Positions 37,121 to 47,400 of a stretch of DNA of 64,000 nucleotides are shown in pieces. The translations under genes and the position numbers were made by a program. The stretch's first letter is position 1. Each line of letters begins with the position of its first letter. The DNA lies in the IMG/VR virus record IMGVR_UViG_3300023174_000042, positions 62,001 to 126,000 of that record. One strand, written 5' to 3'. A model generated the notes under the pieces. It had not been told where the DNA came from. It made no database searches and was given only the letters and a program-made list of their open reading frames with translations.

Positions 37121-40100
37121 TTAGGACCACAATGATGTAAAAATTTGATAAGCCCTCTTGAATTCTGTATTTAATGCTCCAATTTGTTCTGGATCTTGTG
37201 TAATTTTTGTGTAAACATCATCATTTTGATTAATAGGATAATGTAATACATATTGTTTCGCCAAATTTGCAGGAACATCCTCTTCGGTTGGGAATTGGTT
37301 TGAATCTTGAATTAAAAATGTTGGGACATTTCCAACCTTTATTAAAACAAAATTTATAAAATCTTTTAAAGATCTAAAAGCGACAATTGGTAGATTTTTA
37401 TCTGTTCCTCTTGAAACGCAAAAATACTTTCTGTTTATGTATTCAAAAAACGAATCTCCGTAAACTTCCTTTAGGTTTATTGTGCTGTAATTATTTTCAT
37501 AAGCACTTATTTCTGTTCCGTTATTATTTCCTGAATCAACAAAAACAAATGTAAAAACAGATGCGGCAGTTTGGTAAGTGGTATTTGCCGTCATATCATA
37601 TTTTAATTCAATTAAATTATTTCTTAATTCAGTTAAGAATGTTTTTACTGAAACAGTTGTTGATTGTGGAGTATCTACTCCTGTAAAATTATTATATCTA
37701 GTGTTCAATTGATTTGCACAATCTTGATTTTTAGTTAAAGTGTCTTGGGATTGTAAGTTTGCTATTGTATTTTGTGCCTGAAACAATATATTAGCAGAAT
37801 CTTCTTTTTGTTTTGATTCATTTTCTTGAATTTTGCTTTGTAATTGTGAAAGAATTTTAACATTTAACGTTTGTAAAAAGTTATCTACCGTTGGCAGACT
37901 ATAAAAAGGTTGTCGTATTCCTTCAAAAACAGTGCTAAAACCATTTTCATTAACGTCATGACTTACTTTTGTAATCATGTATGGTCCAGAAAACATTGGT
38001 ATATTTCTAATATTAAAATACATCATCGGTTGTATTAAAGCACATCCCATCATATCTACAGAACAACTATAACTTCTGTTTTTATATAAATTGTATAATG
38101 AAACGCTCTGAGTTGATGATCGTCTATTTTTTTCAACATTCGCCATTTGATCCAAAATCTGTAAAGATTCGCTTGTTGGTTTACCTGGATCTTGTGAAAC
38201 ACTAAATGATTTAAATATTTGTTGGTTTTCTTTTGTTGGGTCAACATTAAACCCAACAACTTTATTTGATTTATCCCAATCTATTTTTTTTGCTTGGTTT
38301 TCTGTTAAAGGGTTATCACTTGCTCTTCTTAAATCAAAGGCATCATCTCTGAATCTATAGTCTATATTGTTGTTCAAGTTCAAATGTTCACTAGGTTTAC
38401 TTACATAGTAGCACAAAAATTTTGGGGAACTCTGTCTATAATCAACATTTAAAAAAGTCCCAAACAACATATTACCAAATTCCATAGTGCCGTCAGGTCG
38501 TGGTGTTGGGTTTTTTTGTGCGTCTTGGACGTTATAGAAATTGACATACGACGGAAGCATAAAATGTTGAAAATTGTTTTCAATTAAGATTGTTGTGACC
38601 ATATCTAAAAGAGTGTTCTTATACGAACTACTACCATTATTTTTTTCTGTTGATCCGTCTTCCAACAATTTGATAACTCCGTAAATATCAACTAAAACTT
38701 TATCGCCAACATTTCTACTTGCCCTATCAACTAACATGACATCTTCAAATAAAGTTTTGTTTTGAAAATCAAATCCTGCTATCCATGTATCGTTTAAGGC
38801 TTTAAATGTGTTCCATAATTCTGTTCTTGTTTGTTCTGTAAATCCTGCCTCTAAATTGGCTCTATTTGACGACCCATCTTCACTTATAAAAATATTTGGT
38901 AATTCTTTTCTAACCATAGGCAACATGGTGTTCAACACGTTATCAACATATTTATTTGAATCGTCAATATAGGTGTCCATTAGTTGATAAAAACTTTTTA
39001 AGTTTAAATTTTTGTTAGCTAATTTTTGAGTGGCATAAATTTTTATAAGGGGGGCAAAATCCTGAACGTTCTTTTCGTTAAAAGCAACGTTAAGGTCAAT
39101 AAAAAAATCTGTTATATATGAACCATTATTTTTATAAACAAGTTCTGGTATGGATGAATTACCAACATAATATTCTAAAGCATCCCATGTTTTGGGATTT
39201 TGTTGTTTGGATTGTGATAAACTTACTTCAGGTGGTAAATTTCCTTGTTGATATGGGCTATATATTATTGGGTTTTCAATATACCTTGTAGAAAAAGTAT
39301 AAAACAATCTTCTATCAAAATTTGATGGGTTTCCGATCTTGAAACAAACATCATAATTTATAAATCCGCCCAAAATTTGTTGGAAAGTGTCATTCTGATT
39401 CGAAATTATATTTTCAAGTTTTGTTTCTGGCGAATCTCCTGTTGGTTTATTTATCACAAGTAATTGTCTCATCAAGTAATGAAAATTTTTATATCCTTTT
39501 TCAGTGTTTGAGTCTGTGGTAACTAATCCTTGGTTTTCCGTTGGTTTTTCTTCTTTACTACTTGAATTTGGTAAAGTGTCGACATAATCATATAATGACC
39601 GACTAAAATTTAAAAATTCTGATTCAAAATTATCTAAAACTGAAATGTCAAAAGTTGTAAATAGTTCTTCTATACTTGTGTATTCAGTGTCATCACCTGT
39701 TATTAAAAAGTTTTGTTGATCTTTTTGTTCGTTTAATATCTTTTTAAGATATGTTTCTGGATTATTTTTTTTCAGTTTTGAATTATCAAACCAACCATAT
39801 TGCGAAACATTCCAAAATAACCTAACCGTCCCGTTAAACATTGCAGGATTATTAGAGAGTTCAACTTTCATAGTTCCATTTTTAAAAGCCTCTTCTTTAG
39901 CCTGATTGATATTAGAACCAAAAGATGGTAAAACATAATATAAATCAGGTTGGGTTGATGAACTAACAATTACTGACCAAGGACTAACTCTCATAGATCT
40001 AGTATTATTATTTGGGTCAAATCCTGGTAATTCAAAAATGGTTGAGTTAGTTGTGTTTAATAAAACTAATTTTTCATTGTTTATTAAGTTTTGTATTTGT

Positions 40101-43100
40101 TGTGACCCAATTCCTTGGACGTAAGCACCCTGCACTACAAATGGTGATGTTGTTGGTGGTTGTATTGTTGATATAGAATAAAGTCCAACACCTCCTGTTG
40201 TTCCTGAGATTTGTGACGATATAATGAGATTACCATTTAGATTAGATCCGTTAAGTGTTGTTCCTCCCGAAATAACATTAGAACCTATTGATGTTACTTG
40301 TAATGGTGGATTTAATACTGTATAGGTAAATGTTTCCGCAGAAGTTTTACTAACTTCAAAAATTGAAGTTGTTCCTGTTGAAGCGCTAAAAACACTTTGT
40401 ATCGTAGTTGTTGATATTGATGAACTTCCGCTCAATATTTGTCCTACTTGTAATGGGTAGGGCGCTGTGTTTGTTATATTAGCAAATGTCCCCAATACAA
40501 AATCTAAACCGGTAAATGCGGCATTAAAGTTTAATGGTGTTGTATAATAACCTGTTCCCCCTGTTATTCCATTTACTTGTGAAACAAGTTGTATATTAGC
40601 ATTTAATGAGGGTAAATATATTGTGTGTGGAACTTTGATATAATTTTTAGATATAGAATTAATTGTAATTCCTGTTCCATTTGTAGAACATGTTCCTGTA
40701 ACTTGGAAAGTTTCACAAGTTCCTGTAACATTTTGACTAACACAAGTTCCAGTTACTTGTGTTTGACCACTAAATAATTTTAATCCTTGTAAAAAAACAT
40801 TAAAATCATCAACCAATTGTGGATAAAATCCTGTATTTATATCTGTTAATGGAGGTGTTCCAGTGGTATTATCTAAAACTAAATTTCTTGGAGTTCCATC
40901 TATTAAAAGATTATAGGAATATGTAGTTGCTGAATTTGCCGGATCCCAATTTTTTTTGTAATTAAAATCTTGCCAAACTTCATCTAAAATATCCACACCA
41001 GTTTCTTTGTAAATTTTGTAACGATGCCATATTGATCCATATTTTAAAATCCAAGAATATGGTAATTTATGAACCGCACCAAATTTTTTCATTGTAGACA
41101 GAATATAATCCAAATCTGTGGTTGCCTGACCTGAACTGGTTTTATACCTTTCTCTAAGCGTTGATAAAGGTAAACTATTCAAAAACAAATAAGCACCTAA
41201 CTTATATGGTGCTAAATCAGTTTGTTTGTATCTAAAGTTAAAAACCCCTTTTTGAATTGCGTTAATAAAATATGGTGTGTTCAACATAGATGTTGTCTGA
41301 CTAGCATCGAGATAGTTAGAATAATTACTATAATATAGGTTACCCTCCGTTATAAGTTGGTTAGAATAAGTTCTTGTGTTATAAAAAGTTTTTAAATTTG
41401 TTGTGTCAGGTGTAACATTTAAGTTTTGAAAATTAAAATACGTAAATGGTCTAATATCATCTGCGGTGGTTGCTAAACCAAAATTTGTAATTGTTTTATG
41501 TATATTATTATATTGTAAAACTTTTTTTGTGTCGAAAGCTTCTTTTGAGTTGTTTAAACTTTTACCATTTGCCAAATTGTTTCTATCCCAATTTAAATCA
41601 ACCAAGGGGTAAGTATCAATAAATTCAAATTCATTGGATTGTGAACTTCCTGTTAAATATTGATTTATATTTATTAAGTTTTTTGGATTTGATAAAGAAA
41701 CATCAGGTTGTGATTTTAAAGAATTAAATATCGATGCGTTTATTAAAATGTTTGGATTTTGAACTTCGTTTTTGATATATGGCGTAACAAACTCACCTTT
41801 GATGTATGTTTGCCAACTTTCACCTTGTCCTTCATTGGATATATGTTTTAAAAATGAAACATAGTTATTTGAATCCAAAAGGTATTCTTTTAATATTTTG
41901 CTTAAAAATGGATTATCGCTTCCCAAACTTTGAAGGACGTTGATTGCTTCATCTTCGGATTCGACCTCATATATCGCTAAAGGGTATCCACTTTTTCTGT
42001 TAAAATTACTGTAAAAAGAGTTTAATAACAATCTTTCATATATTTCATAAAAATATTTTGATTCTTCTTTGTTTTGAAATATTTGATTTGTTGCGGGAAA
42101 ATCTATCGCGTTTAAAGAAATTCGTAGTGGTTTTAGATTTGTTTCAAAAACTTTTGAGTCATTATTGTTTAACTGCCTTTCTGTAAAACCCTTTATAAAT
42201 TGTTCCACAAACTCAACTTCTGGCCAAACTTCAGGACTATATGCTCTATAAGTGTTTGCAACAGTTTGGTCTCCTGGGTATATTATTTCAAATTTTTCTT
42301 TATTATCTTCACCAACAGATTCTTTTAATACTTGTGGCCAAGGATAAATTGGTTCATTATTTTGTGTAGATGTTTTCAAGTCAACACTTGGTGCCGTTGA
42401 TGAGTTTCCAAAAATTGCCGCTCTTCTGTATTGATTTTCTCTTTGATCCCATGCCTTTTTATGAACCTCGTCAAGTAATCTTAAAAACGCTTCTCCTTGA
42501 CAATAAAAAACCGCCAATATATTTCTTATAGAAGGAATAAACCCCAAACCACCATTTCCCTGTGAATTAAATTTTGAAGACAAACTTGCGGTTATTTCTG
42601 TTTCGACTTTTTTTCTTGTTTCAGAAGCGGTTTTTGCTATGTTATCAGTTATACTCATAAATGAGTCTTGTCCTTCAAAAAAGTAAGTAATGTTTTCATT
42701 AACAAGAAGTTGTGCTTGTAATGTTTGTTTGAATTGAATTATCACATCGTCTGACTCTTTATAATTTCCTTTTGGTGCGTTTTTTTGTGCGGTGTATGTT
42801 TTTACAAGATCAATATCGGATAGTGTGATTTTTTTTTGAAGTGTTTTTAAACTTATTGGAACGTCAATATTTGATTTTGTCGTAATTCCACCTACGGTAT
42901 ATTTTCCGTTTATACCAAAAACTCCGTTTTGATTTAATACGTCATTGTATTGTTCAATATCTCCTTTTAACTTTGTAACCCCTTCGGATCTTTTGTCGGC
43001 ATCTAATTCTTTTTTAAAAATATAAACATTTTGTGAATTTTCTTTTAGAACTATTGGATTATCTCTATCCATAAAGGTTCCATACCAAGAAGCATTTGTA

Positions 43101-44170
43101 TATAAAAAAACTTTTTGTTGATAAGACAACAAATTATTGGTATACAAAGTCATATCGGATAATATTCCCATATTTTCTTTTTCAAATTGACTTAAAACAT
43201 CATCAATAAATTTCTGTAAACGGTATTTTAATTGATTTAATGTGATTTCAGGAAAATCATCCGGTATAAGACCTTTTGATTTATAGTCTGAATAAACTTC
43301 TTTCATTTTTTGATATCCTCTACTAACACTTGAAGTTGTGGTCAAGGTATTGGAACTTGATTGTTGGTTTCCTTGTGTTTTAGAAACAGGAGTTTGTGTT
43401 ACGTTATTTCTATACATTTGGGGAACTGCCATTAGAGCACCAAAATTAACGTATGAAAGTAAGGTATATTTATACCCGTAAAATTTTAATTTAATTTGAA
43501 AATTATGTGTTGAAGGATCAAACGTTGACGTAAACGATTGAAGCATTATTGGAAATTTTATTGCCTTTCCATAATATCCTTTTAACGTCAATGTAAATTG
43601 GGGATAGGGTAATTGAAAAAATGCCGAGTATGGAGAATTGTTACCGCCTTCAAAAAGAGCTCTTCCCTTAACGTCTTCTAATTCAACATCTATTTGTGGT
43701 AAAAAGTCGGTTCCAATTGACATTCTTATTGATTTCATTCCCAAAAATCCATTATCAACAGCACCAGGTGTCCCGTTTGACCATAAGTTTTGAGTAATAT
43801 AATAATCATTAGTTTGATTTGGGTTTTTAACTGCCGTTTGTCTTGGTTGATTAACCCCTTTACCTTGTAAAGTTCCTTTACCTGTTAGTTCATCTGACCA
43901 AGCGGTGTCTAAAAATGTTTTATTTCCAGGATTTAAAAAATTAATTTTAGCAACAGATATTGTTCTTTGCGAATCGTTCATCGCAGAACCTACTGATAGT
44001 TTTGTTCTTGGTAAAACATTACACTCCAAGTTAGCATAATACACTAAGTCTTCTTGTTTAACTAATCTATCTTTAACATTTCCTTGTTGGTCAATAACTT
44101 TGTTAGGATCAATAAGGCTTATGTTATCATAGTCAAGTTCTACTAATATATTTTCTTGATTATCTACCAT
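37121..44170 (-). CDS. Giant baseplate hub protein (gp27/VgrG/GpD-like termini), 2349 aa
   Basis: N-terminal IDVELEDVKG...FTLTLKGYYG beta barrel; C-terminal GCALIQPMMYF...SGPYMITKVSH...FSTVFEGIR typical of hub proteins; located after LysM/gp53 gene. Confidence 0.6.
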   Translation of the reverse strand: MVDNQENILVELDYDNISLIDPNKVIDQQGNVKDRLVKQEDLVYYANLECNVLPRTKLSVGSAMNDSQRTISVAKINFLNPGNKTFLDTAWSDELTGKGTLQGKGVNQPRQTAVKNPNQTNDYYITQNLWSNGTPGAVDNGFLGMKSIRMSIGTDFLPQIDVELEDVKGRALFEGGNNSPYSAFFQLPYPQFTLTLKGYYGKAIKFPIMLQSFTSTFDPSTHNFQIKLKFYGYKYTLLSYVNFGALMAVPQMYRNNVTQTPVSKTQGNQQSSSNTLTTTSSVSRGYQKMKEVYSDYKSKGLIPDDFPEITLNQLKYRLQKFIDDVLSQFEKENMGILSDMTLYTNNLLSYQQKVFLYTNASWYGTFMDRDNPIVLKENSQNVYIFKKELDADKRSEGVTKLKGDIEQYNDVLNQNGVFGINGKYTVGGITTKSNIDVPISLKTLQKKITLSDIDLVKTYTAQKNAPKGNYKESDDVIIQFKQTLQAQLLVNENITYFFEGQDSFMSITDNIAKTASETRKKVETEITASLSSKFNSQGNGGLGFIPSIRNILAVFYCQGEAFLRLLDEVHKKAWDQRENQYRRAAIFGNSSTAPSVDLKTSTQNNEPIYPWPQVLKESVGEDNKEKFEIIYPGDQTVANTYRAYSPEVWPEVEFVEQFIKGFTERQLNNNDSKVFETNLKPLRISLNAIDFPATNQIFQNKEESKYFYEIYERLLLNSFYSNFNRKSGYPLAIYEVESEDEAINVLQSLGSDNPFLSKILKEYLLDSNNYVSFLKHISNEGQGESWQTYIKGEFVTPYIKNEVQNPNILINASIFNSLKSQPDVSLSNPKNLININQYLTGSSQSNEFEFIDTYPLVDLNWDRNNLANGKSLNNSKEAFDTKKVLQYNNIHKTITNFGLATTADDIRPFTYFNFQNLNVTPDTTNLKTFYNTRTYSNQLITEGNLYYSNYSNYLDASQTTSMLNTPYFINAIQKGVFNFRYKQTDLAPYKLGAYLFLNSLPLSTLRERYKTSSGQATTDLDYILSTMKKFGAVHKLPYSWILKYGSIWHRYKIYKETGVDILDEVWQDFNYKKNWDPANSATTYSYNLLIDGTPRNLVLDNTTGTPPLTDINTGFYPQLVDDFNVFLQGLKLFSGQTQVTGTCVSQNVTGTCETFQVTGTCSTNGTGITINSISKNYIKVPHTIYLPSLNANIQLVSQVNGITGGTGYYTTPLNFNAAFTGLDFVLGTFANITNTAPYPLQVGQILSGSSSISTTTIQSVFSASTGTTSIFEVSKTSAETFTYTVLNPPLQVTSIGSNVISGGTTLNGSNLNGNLIISSQISGTTGGVGLYSISTIQPPTTSPFVVQGAYVQGIGSQQIQNLINNEKLVLLNTTNSTIFELPGFDPNNNTRSMRVSPWSVIVSSSTQPDLYYVLPSFGSNINQAKEEAFKNGTMKVELSNNPAMFNGTVRLFWNVSQYGWFDNSKLKKNNPETYLKKILNEQKDQQNFLITGDDTEYTSIEELFTTFDISVLDNFESEFLNFSRSLYDYVDTLPNSSSKEEKPTENQGLVTTDSNTEKGYKNFHYLMRQLLVINKPTGDSPETKLENIISNQNDTFQQILGGFINYDVCFKIGNPSNFDRRLFYTFSTRYIENPIIYSPYQQGNLPPEVSLSQSKQQNPKTWDALEYYVGNSSIPELVYKNNGSYITDFFIDLNVAFNEKNVQDFAPLIKIYATQKLANKNLNLKSFYQLMDTYIDDSNKYVDNVLNTMLPMVRKELPNIFISEDGSSNRANLEAGFTEQTRTELWNTFKALNDTWIAGFDFQNKTLFEDVMLVDRASRNVGDKVLVDIYGVIKLLEDGSTEKNNGSSSYKNTLLDMVTTILIENNFQHFMLPSYVNFYNVQDAQKNPTPRPDGTMEFGNMLFGTFLNVDYRQSSPKFLCYYVSKPSEHLNLNNNIDYRFRDDAFDLRRASDNPLTENQAKKIDWDKSNKVVGFNVDPTKENQQIFKSFSVSQDPGKPTSESLQILDQMANVEKNRRSSTQSVSLYNLYKNRSYSCSVDMMGCALIQPMMYFNIRNIPMFSGPYMITKVSHDVNENGFSTVFEGIRQPFYSLPTVDNFLQTLNVKILSQLQSKIQENESKQKEDSANILFQAQNTIANLQSQDTLTKNQDCANQLNTRYNNFTGVDTPQSTTVSVKTFLTELRNNLIELKYDMTANTTYQTAASVFTFVFVDSGNNNGTEISAYENNYSTINLKEVYGDSFFEYINRKYFCVSRGTDKNLPIVAFRSLKDFINFVLIKVGNVPTFLIQDSNQFPTEEDVPANLAKQYVLHYPINQNDDVYTKITQDPEQIGALNTEFKRAYQIFTSLWS
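40688..40756. repeat. 27-nt coding tandem repeat x3 (xxVTGTCxx)
   Basis: ACA(T/A)GTTCC(T/A)GT(A/T)AC units start at 40688, 40715 and 40742. Confidence 0.8.
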
Positions 44171-44483
44171 AATAGAAGAAATAGTTTTCGTAAGAGTTTT
44201 TATAATCTTGTAATGAAGCTACTAAAGGAAATGGAATTGTCAATACCGCACCATCAGGTATTGCATATTCGTTTCCTGAATATTGCGGATTTGCCGCTTG
44301 GATCAACCATCCAAAATACGGAGATCCATAAAATTGTTGTGAAATTTTGTCCAACCTAGACTGACCAATAATATATATATAATTTTTGTCTGAAGTCTTT
44401 GAAGGCAACTGAACATACGGAACAACAGTTTGTTGTCCATTAATTAAAAAATCTGTATATCTATTCCAATATTGTAATCCCAT
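44160..44483 (-). CDS. LysM/gp53-like baseplate wedge protein
   Basis: SRLDKISQQFYGSPYFGWLIQAANP...IPDGAVLTIP. Confidence 0.8.
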   Translation of the reverse strand: MGLQYWNRYTDFLINGQQTVVPYVQLPSKTSDKNYIYIIGQSRLDKISQQFYGSPYFGWLIQAANPQYSGNEYAIPDGAVLTIPFPLVASLQDYKNSYENYFFYYGR

Positions 44484-44485
44484 GT

Positions 44486-47400
44486 TTAGTTAAATGTTAC
44501 TTTTCCGTTGAATGATTTTTTATCATCATTTAAATTAATGTTTGAGTAAAGGTCCTTTATCCTTTTAGTTTTTTGTTTTATATCCCCTTCAGCAGGTGTT
44601 ACATATGAACACGTTTTAATTGTGTTATCAGGTATTTTCCAAGTTGTTACTGTTTTATATACCTGATCGTCAATAATCTTTTTTAATTGATCTGTCCAAA
44701 ATTTTTGAAAACTTTCATATTCTTTTTTCAAGTCATTACATGCCTCTTTTATCTGATCGGTCAGTCCTTTAGTATCTCCTTTAACTTCAGGACCACTAAT
44801 TAATTCATTGACCATATTTTGAAATTTTTCAGAGTTTGTAAAGTATGGACACATCAAACTATAATATCTATTGGTGGGGCAGTTTATTAAATATCCCTGA
44901 TTGTTTCCTTCAACAAAACTACACCCGTTTCCGTTGTCTAACGTTGAATTAGATTTTTTAAAGAAGTCTGGATTAAAATCGGAACTTAGAATTAATTTAT
45001 TGAAATCTTCAATTGTTTTGGGAACTTTATTTGTAAAAACATCAAAAATAGATCCACTATTTTCCGTAGGATCAAAAAATGTGTTGCCGCTTAAGTCATA
45101 CAATACTGGTTCATTGGATTGTAATAAACTTCCGTCCAGTTTTGAGGCAACAACATCAAGTTGTCTAAAAATATAATTAAGATCAGTTTCTACTTGAACA
45201 ATATTTGTATTATTGTTTGTTATTGTATTTGAAATATCAATTTGACCTTTTGATACTTGTGATTTTAACTTTTCTTGTAGTTCTCTTTTTTGTTTTCCTG
45301 TAATACCACCTGATCTATCGCTCACAACTTTAAGTATTGGATTATCTCCTTGATTAATATCTTTTTGAACTTCTTTTACAAGATTGTCTATAAATCCTTG
45401 ATACTCATTTGATTTACCATAGAGGATTGTTTTTGTTTTTTGGCTTGTATATTGGGATAATTCACCTTCAGTATAATTTTTATTTTTTAACGATATAAGT
45501 GTTGCCCCATAAGAATAATCCGTAGTTGTTTTATTTATAGTATCATAATATGCTTTGAAATATTCTTGTAGTTTTGATTGTAAAGAATCGTATAGTCCCG
45601 AATAGTTCATAGTTGTTGTGTCTACAATTGTTCCAACAGTGTTTCCCCCTTTTTTTGGTTGAACACTGTTAATTACCGCCTGTTGTTGTTGTGTCACCGG
45701 TGGAAGTCCTCCTGTTATTTTTTCAACAACATAATTATCTAATTTACTTGTATCGTAGGTCGAAACCGCTCTTTCGTCAAAAATTTCTGTGTTTGCATAA
45801 TAATTAAATGACAGAGCATTTTGTAGTTCTTGAACTGGTTCTTTTAATCCCATTCCTCCAATTATGTTAAAACTTAAACTTATGTTTGCCAACATTGGTT
45901 GAACTCCGATTCCTTCGGGATTCATATCCAATAATAATGGTTCATATGTTATACCTAAAGATGTTGGAACGATTTTAGTGTGGTAAAAGTCACCAACTCT
46001 TAATACCAAAATTGGGGGTGCTCCAAAAGAAGTATTTAAAGCGTCATTATATTTTGGTCGTCCGTCAGGTCCTATAATTGGTATTGTTTGACCTGGTCTT
46101 GTGCATTGCTGTAAAAACGTTAGTCTTGAATTTAAACCTTCAGGTGTCATGGAGTGAAAAGCAGGATTGAAATACTTAATACTATCTTTTATAGTATCAA
46201 ACACGGTGGGGTCTGTTTGTTTTATTATTTCAAAATAATCACATTCGGTAAAAAGATTTCTTAATATTTTTTTTGAAATGCCTTCTCTAACTTTTTGTTC
46301 TACCGTAATTTGAGGTTCAGGTTTAATACTCTGAGTGGTTGCTGTTAATATATTCTGAGAGTTATTAGTTTTATTTTGTGTTGTATCTTTTGTTTCTACA
46401 GGATTTGGTGTTACAGGATTTGTTGGGATAACTGCAGTAATTTTTTGAATTGCAACTCGTCGACAAGCCATCGCAGGAATACTATACCACTGCGCTTCGT
46501 TTGGTTTTGTTTGATCGGGTATTTTTACTCCTTTATCTGTCACAGCATAACTATCAACAGTACAATTGATGCTTGCAGATAAGATGTCTCCTCCTTTTGA
46601 ATTTGCAACACTAATATCATTTGTTTCTGAAGTTCCTGACGCAATTGCTCTTGTTTGAGGAATTACGGTTTCTTCTCCTTGAGGATTTAAATTCATTTTG
46701 AATTTGTCTCCATATTCTTGTATTGTTTTATTATCAGATAATTTATAAGCTAAAAACCATTTTTTAACTGAATCATTTCTTCTTTCTGATAATTTAACGT
46801 TATACGCTTTTTCTTGTGGTGCTGATGCCGATCCTAACATATCTAAAGTAATACTCCCCTTTTGTTTTACCAAAACATCATCAATTTTTTTCATTAGGTC
46901 ATTTTGAACCGTATTAAAGTTTCCTTCAATAACTTCACTAAAAAAGTTTGGAATTGCGGCCTTGTTAAATATTTCTCCGTTTGAATTTACGTATTCTGGT
47001 GCCTTTGCGTTGTAAACGCTCTTTAAACCAATATATTGATTATAATAAACATCAAAATTACTTGCTGATGTTCCCAAAGTTTTGTTTTCACCAGGTTTTG
47101 TTCCGTTTGGTCCACCAGGGACATCGTTTTCGAAATAAAACCCAAGTCCTTCGTATGAACTCCAATTGTAATCTGGAGGTGTATTATCTTGTGTTTGATT
47201 TCCCTCCCCTGTTGTGTTTAAGTTTGTGTCAGCACCTGATGAACTATTTGAGTTTGAATTACTTTGATTAACAGGTAAACTTTGTAAAACTTGAACTTGC
47301 TCTTCTGATGTAAGTCTTGGGTTATTTAGAATTTGTTGATATGTGTATAAATCTTTAGTTGGGATCGTGTTAAATTTAATTCCCAATTCATACATGTCGT

